Part shown: positions 63,072 to 64,000 of the stretch, one piece after another
Layout: every line of letters starts with the position of its first letter
How positions within the stretch are numbered: position 1 is the first letter of the stretch
Assembly (NCBI RefSeq): GCF_006345805.1
Contig: NC_043009.1
Coordinates: 7,812,001-7,876,000, forward strand
Length of the DNA: 64,000 bases
Source of the DNA: Octopus sinensis
Lineage: Eukaryota
Direction of reading: 5' to 3'
Program-made: the position numbers and the translations under genes
The notes under the pieces: model-generated
What the model saw: only the letters and a program-made list of their open reading frames with translations
Databases searched by the model: none
What the model was told of the DNA's origin: nothing

Positions 63072-63260
63072 TATCATCATCTTCATATAACATCTGTTTT
63101 TCATGCTGGCATTGAATAGTTTGACAGGAGCTGGCTAGGCAGAAGACTGCACCTAGCCGCAGTGTCTGTTTTGGCATAGTTTTTATGGCCAGGCGCCCTT
63201 CCTAACACCAACTACCCTGTGGAGTGGACTGAGTGCTTTTTATGTGGTATCAGAACTGGT
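63072..63260 (-). mobile_element. RTE 3'-end fragment
   Basis: Similar to 60945-61179. Another such fragment lies at about 56270-56470. Confidence 0.6.
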
Positions 63261-63289
63261 GATCTAAGAGGCTGTGTCAAGGGGTGAAC

Positions 63290-64000
63290 ATGATCATGGA
63301 GATTGGCATGCTTGGGTTGTACAAACTTGATGGTACATTGCAGAGTCTTGTTGAAAGATGTATGATCTTCCATTGCATACTATGTCTACTCAAGGCTTCC
63401 CAACTTCTCCGCCTTTGTGTAGAGTGGCATTGACTCTTAAGCCCTGTGAAAAAAAAGTAAGGAGGTATGACATCTCCCTCATTGCTGATGACTCACATAA
63501 CCACTGCAATTGCTGGGAATTTAGCATGCATGACTGCTGGAATCTCATTTGAGTCTCTGCATAACCATCTGTTGTTCCTTCAGTTTACCTTTTGGTCCTG
63601 ATTAAAGTTTTTCTCATTGGAGAAAAGCCCAAAAGCATTCCAGCCTCTTGGTGTTTTAACTTGTTTAGCAAGCACTTTGCACAGATTGAATAATTCTCTC
63701 TTGTCCCATCTGACATAAACTGATTGACCTCTCTGCATCACCTCTTGTCCTAGTGCACAACTCTTTTGATGGTGCATTCTGAAACTTAGAGGTCCTTTAC
63801 AATGGCTCTGATTTTCCAAGGATTTTATCAATTATTTCTTGCACTTTTGGTACAGAGTTATGTGTTTTGACTTGGCTGTTGATCTTGGATCCTCATCAGC
63901 AGCTTTCTGCTCCTTTTCAACTTTGACAACGAAGGCTCAGGCAACTCTCTGGAACTGAGCTATCTCTGTATCACTATGCTGCACTTTTAATGCAACGATT
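63290..64000 (-). pseudogene. DD37D (maT/Bmmar1-like) Tc1/mariner transposase remnant
   Basis: FSNEKNF..RNNRWL..KFPAIAVVM*VISNEGDVIPPYFF/GLRVNA..GRSYIFQQDSA, with stops and frameshifts. Confidence 0.8.

Overview
This is AT-rich, repeat-dense eukaryotic DNA. The SINE families and the very high microsatellite load look like a coleoid cephalopod, probably Octopus; this is recognition from memory, not a database result. I found no intact host protein-coding gene, rRNA, true tRNA or CRISPR array, and almost all listed ORFs are microsatellite artefacts. The window holds many tRNA-related SINEs (labelled A-D here) and decayed LINE fragments (Tx1/L1-like, RTE, CRE-like, Penelope). It also holds DNA-transposon remnants (two mariners, a DD37D/maT, piggyBac, hAT, Merlin-like and Helitron-like MITEs) and a long-TIR foldback element. 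Three things stand out. (1) A five-unit head-to-tail SINE-B multimer sits inside one 18-bp target-site duplication, and its junction recurs at a second locus. (2) At least five families of hammerhead-ribozyme motifs occur, including a tRNA-headed element that carries one and an unusual long-stem variant. (3) CpG content drops at about 52.6-53.5 kb, just downstream of a promoter-like patch, which suggests the start of a gene-body-methylated host gene. Most boundaries were placed by eye and may be off by tens of bases.
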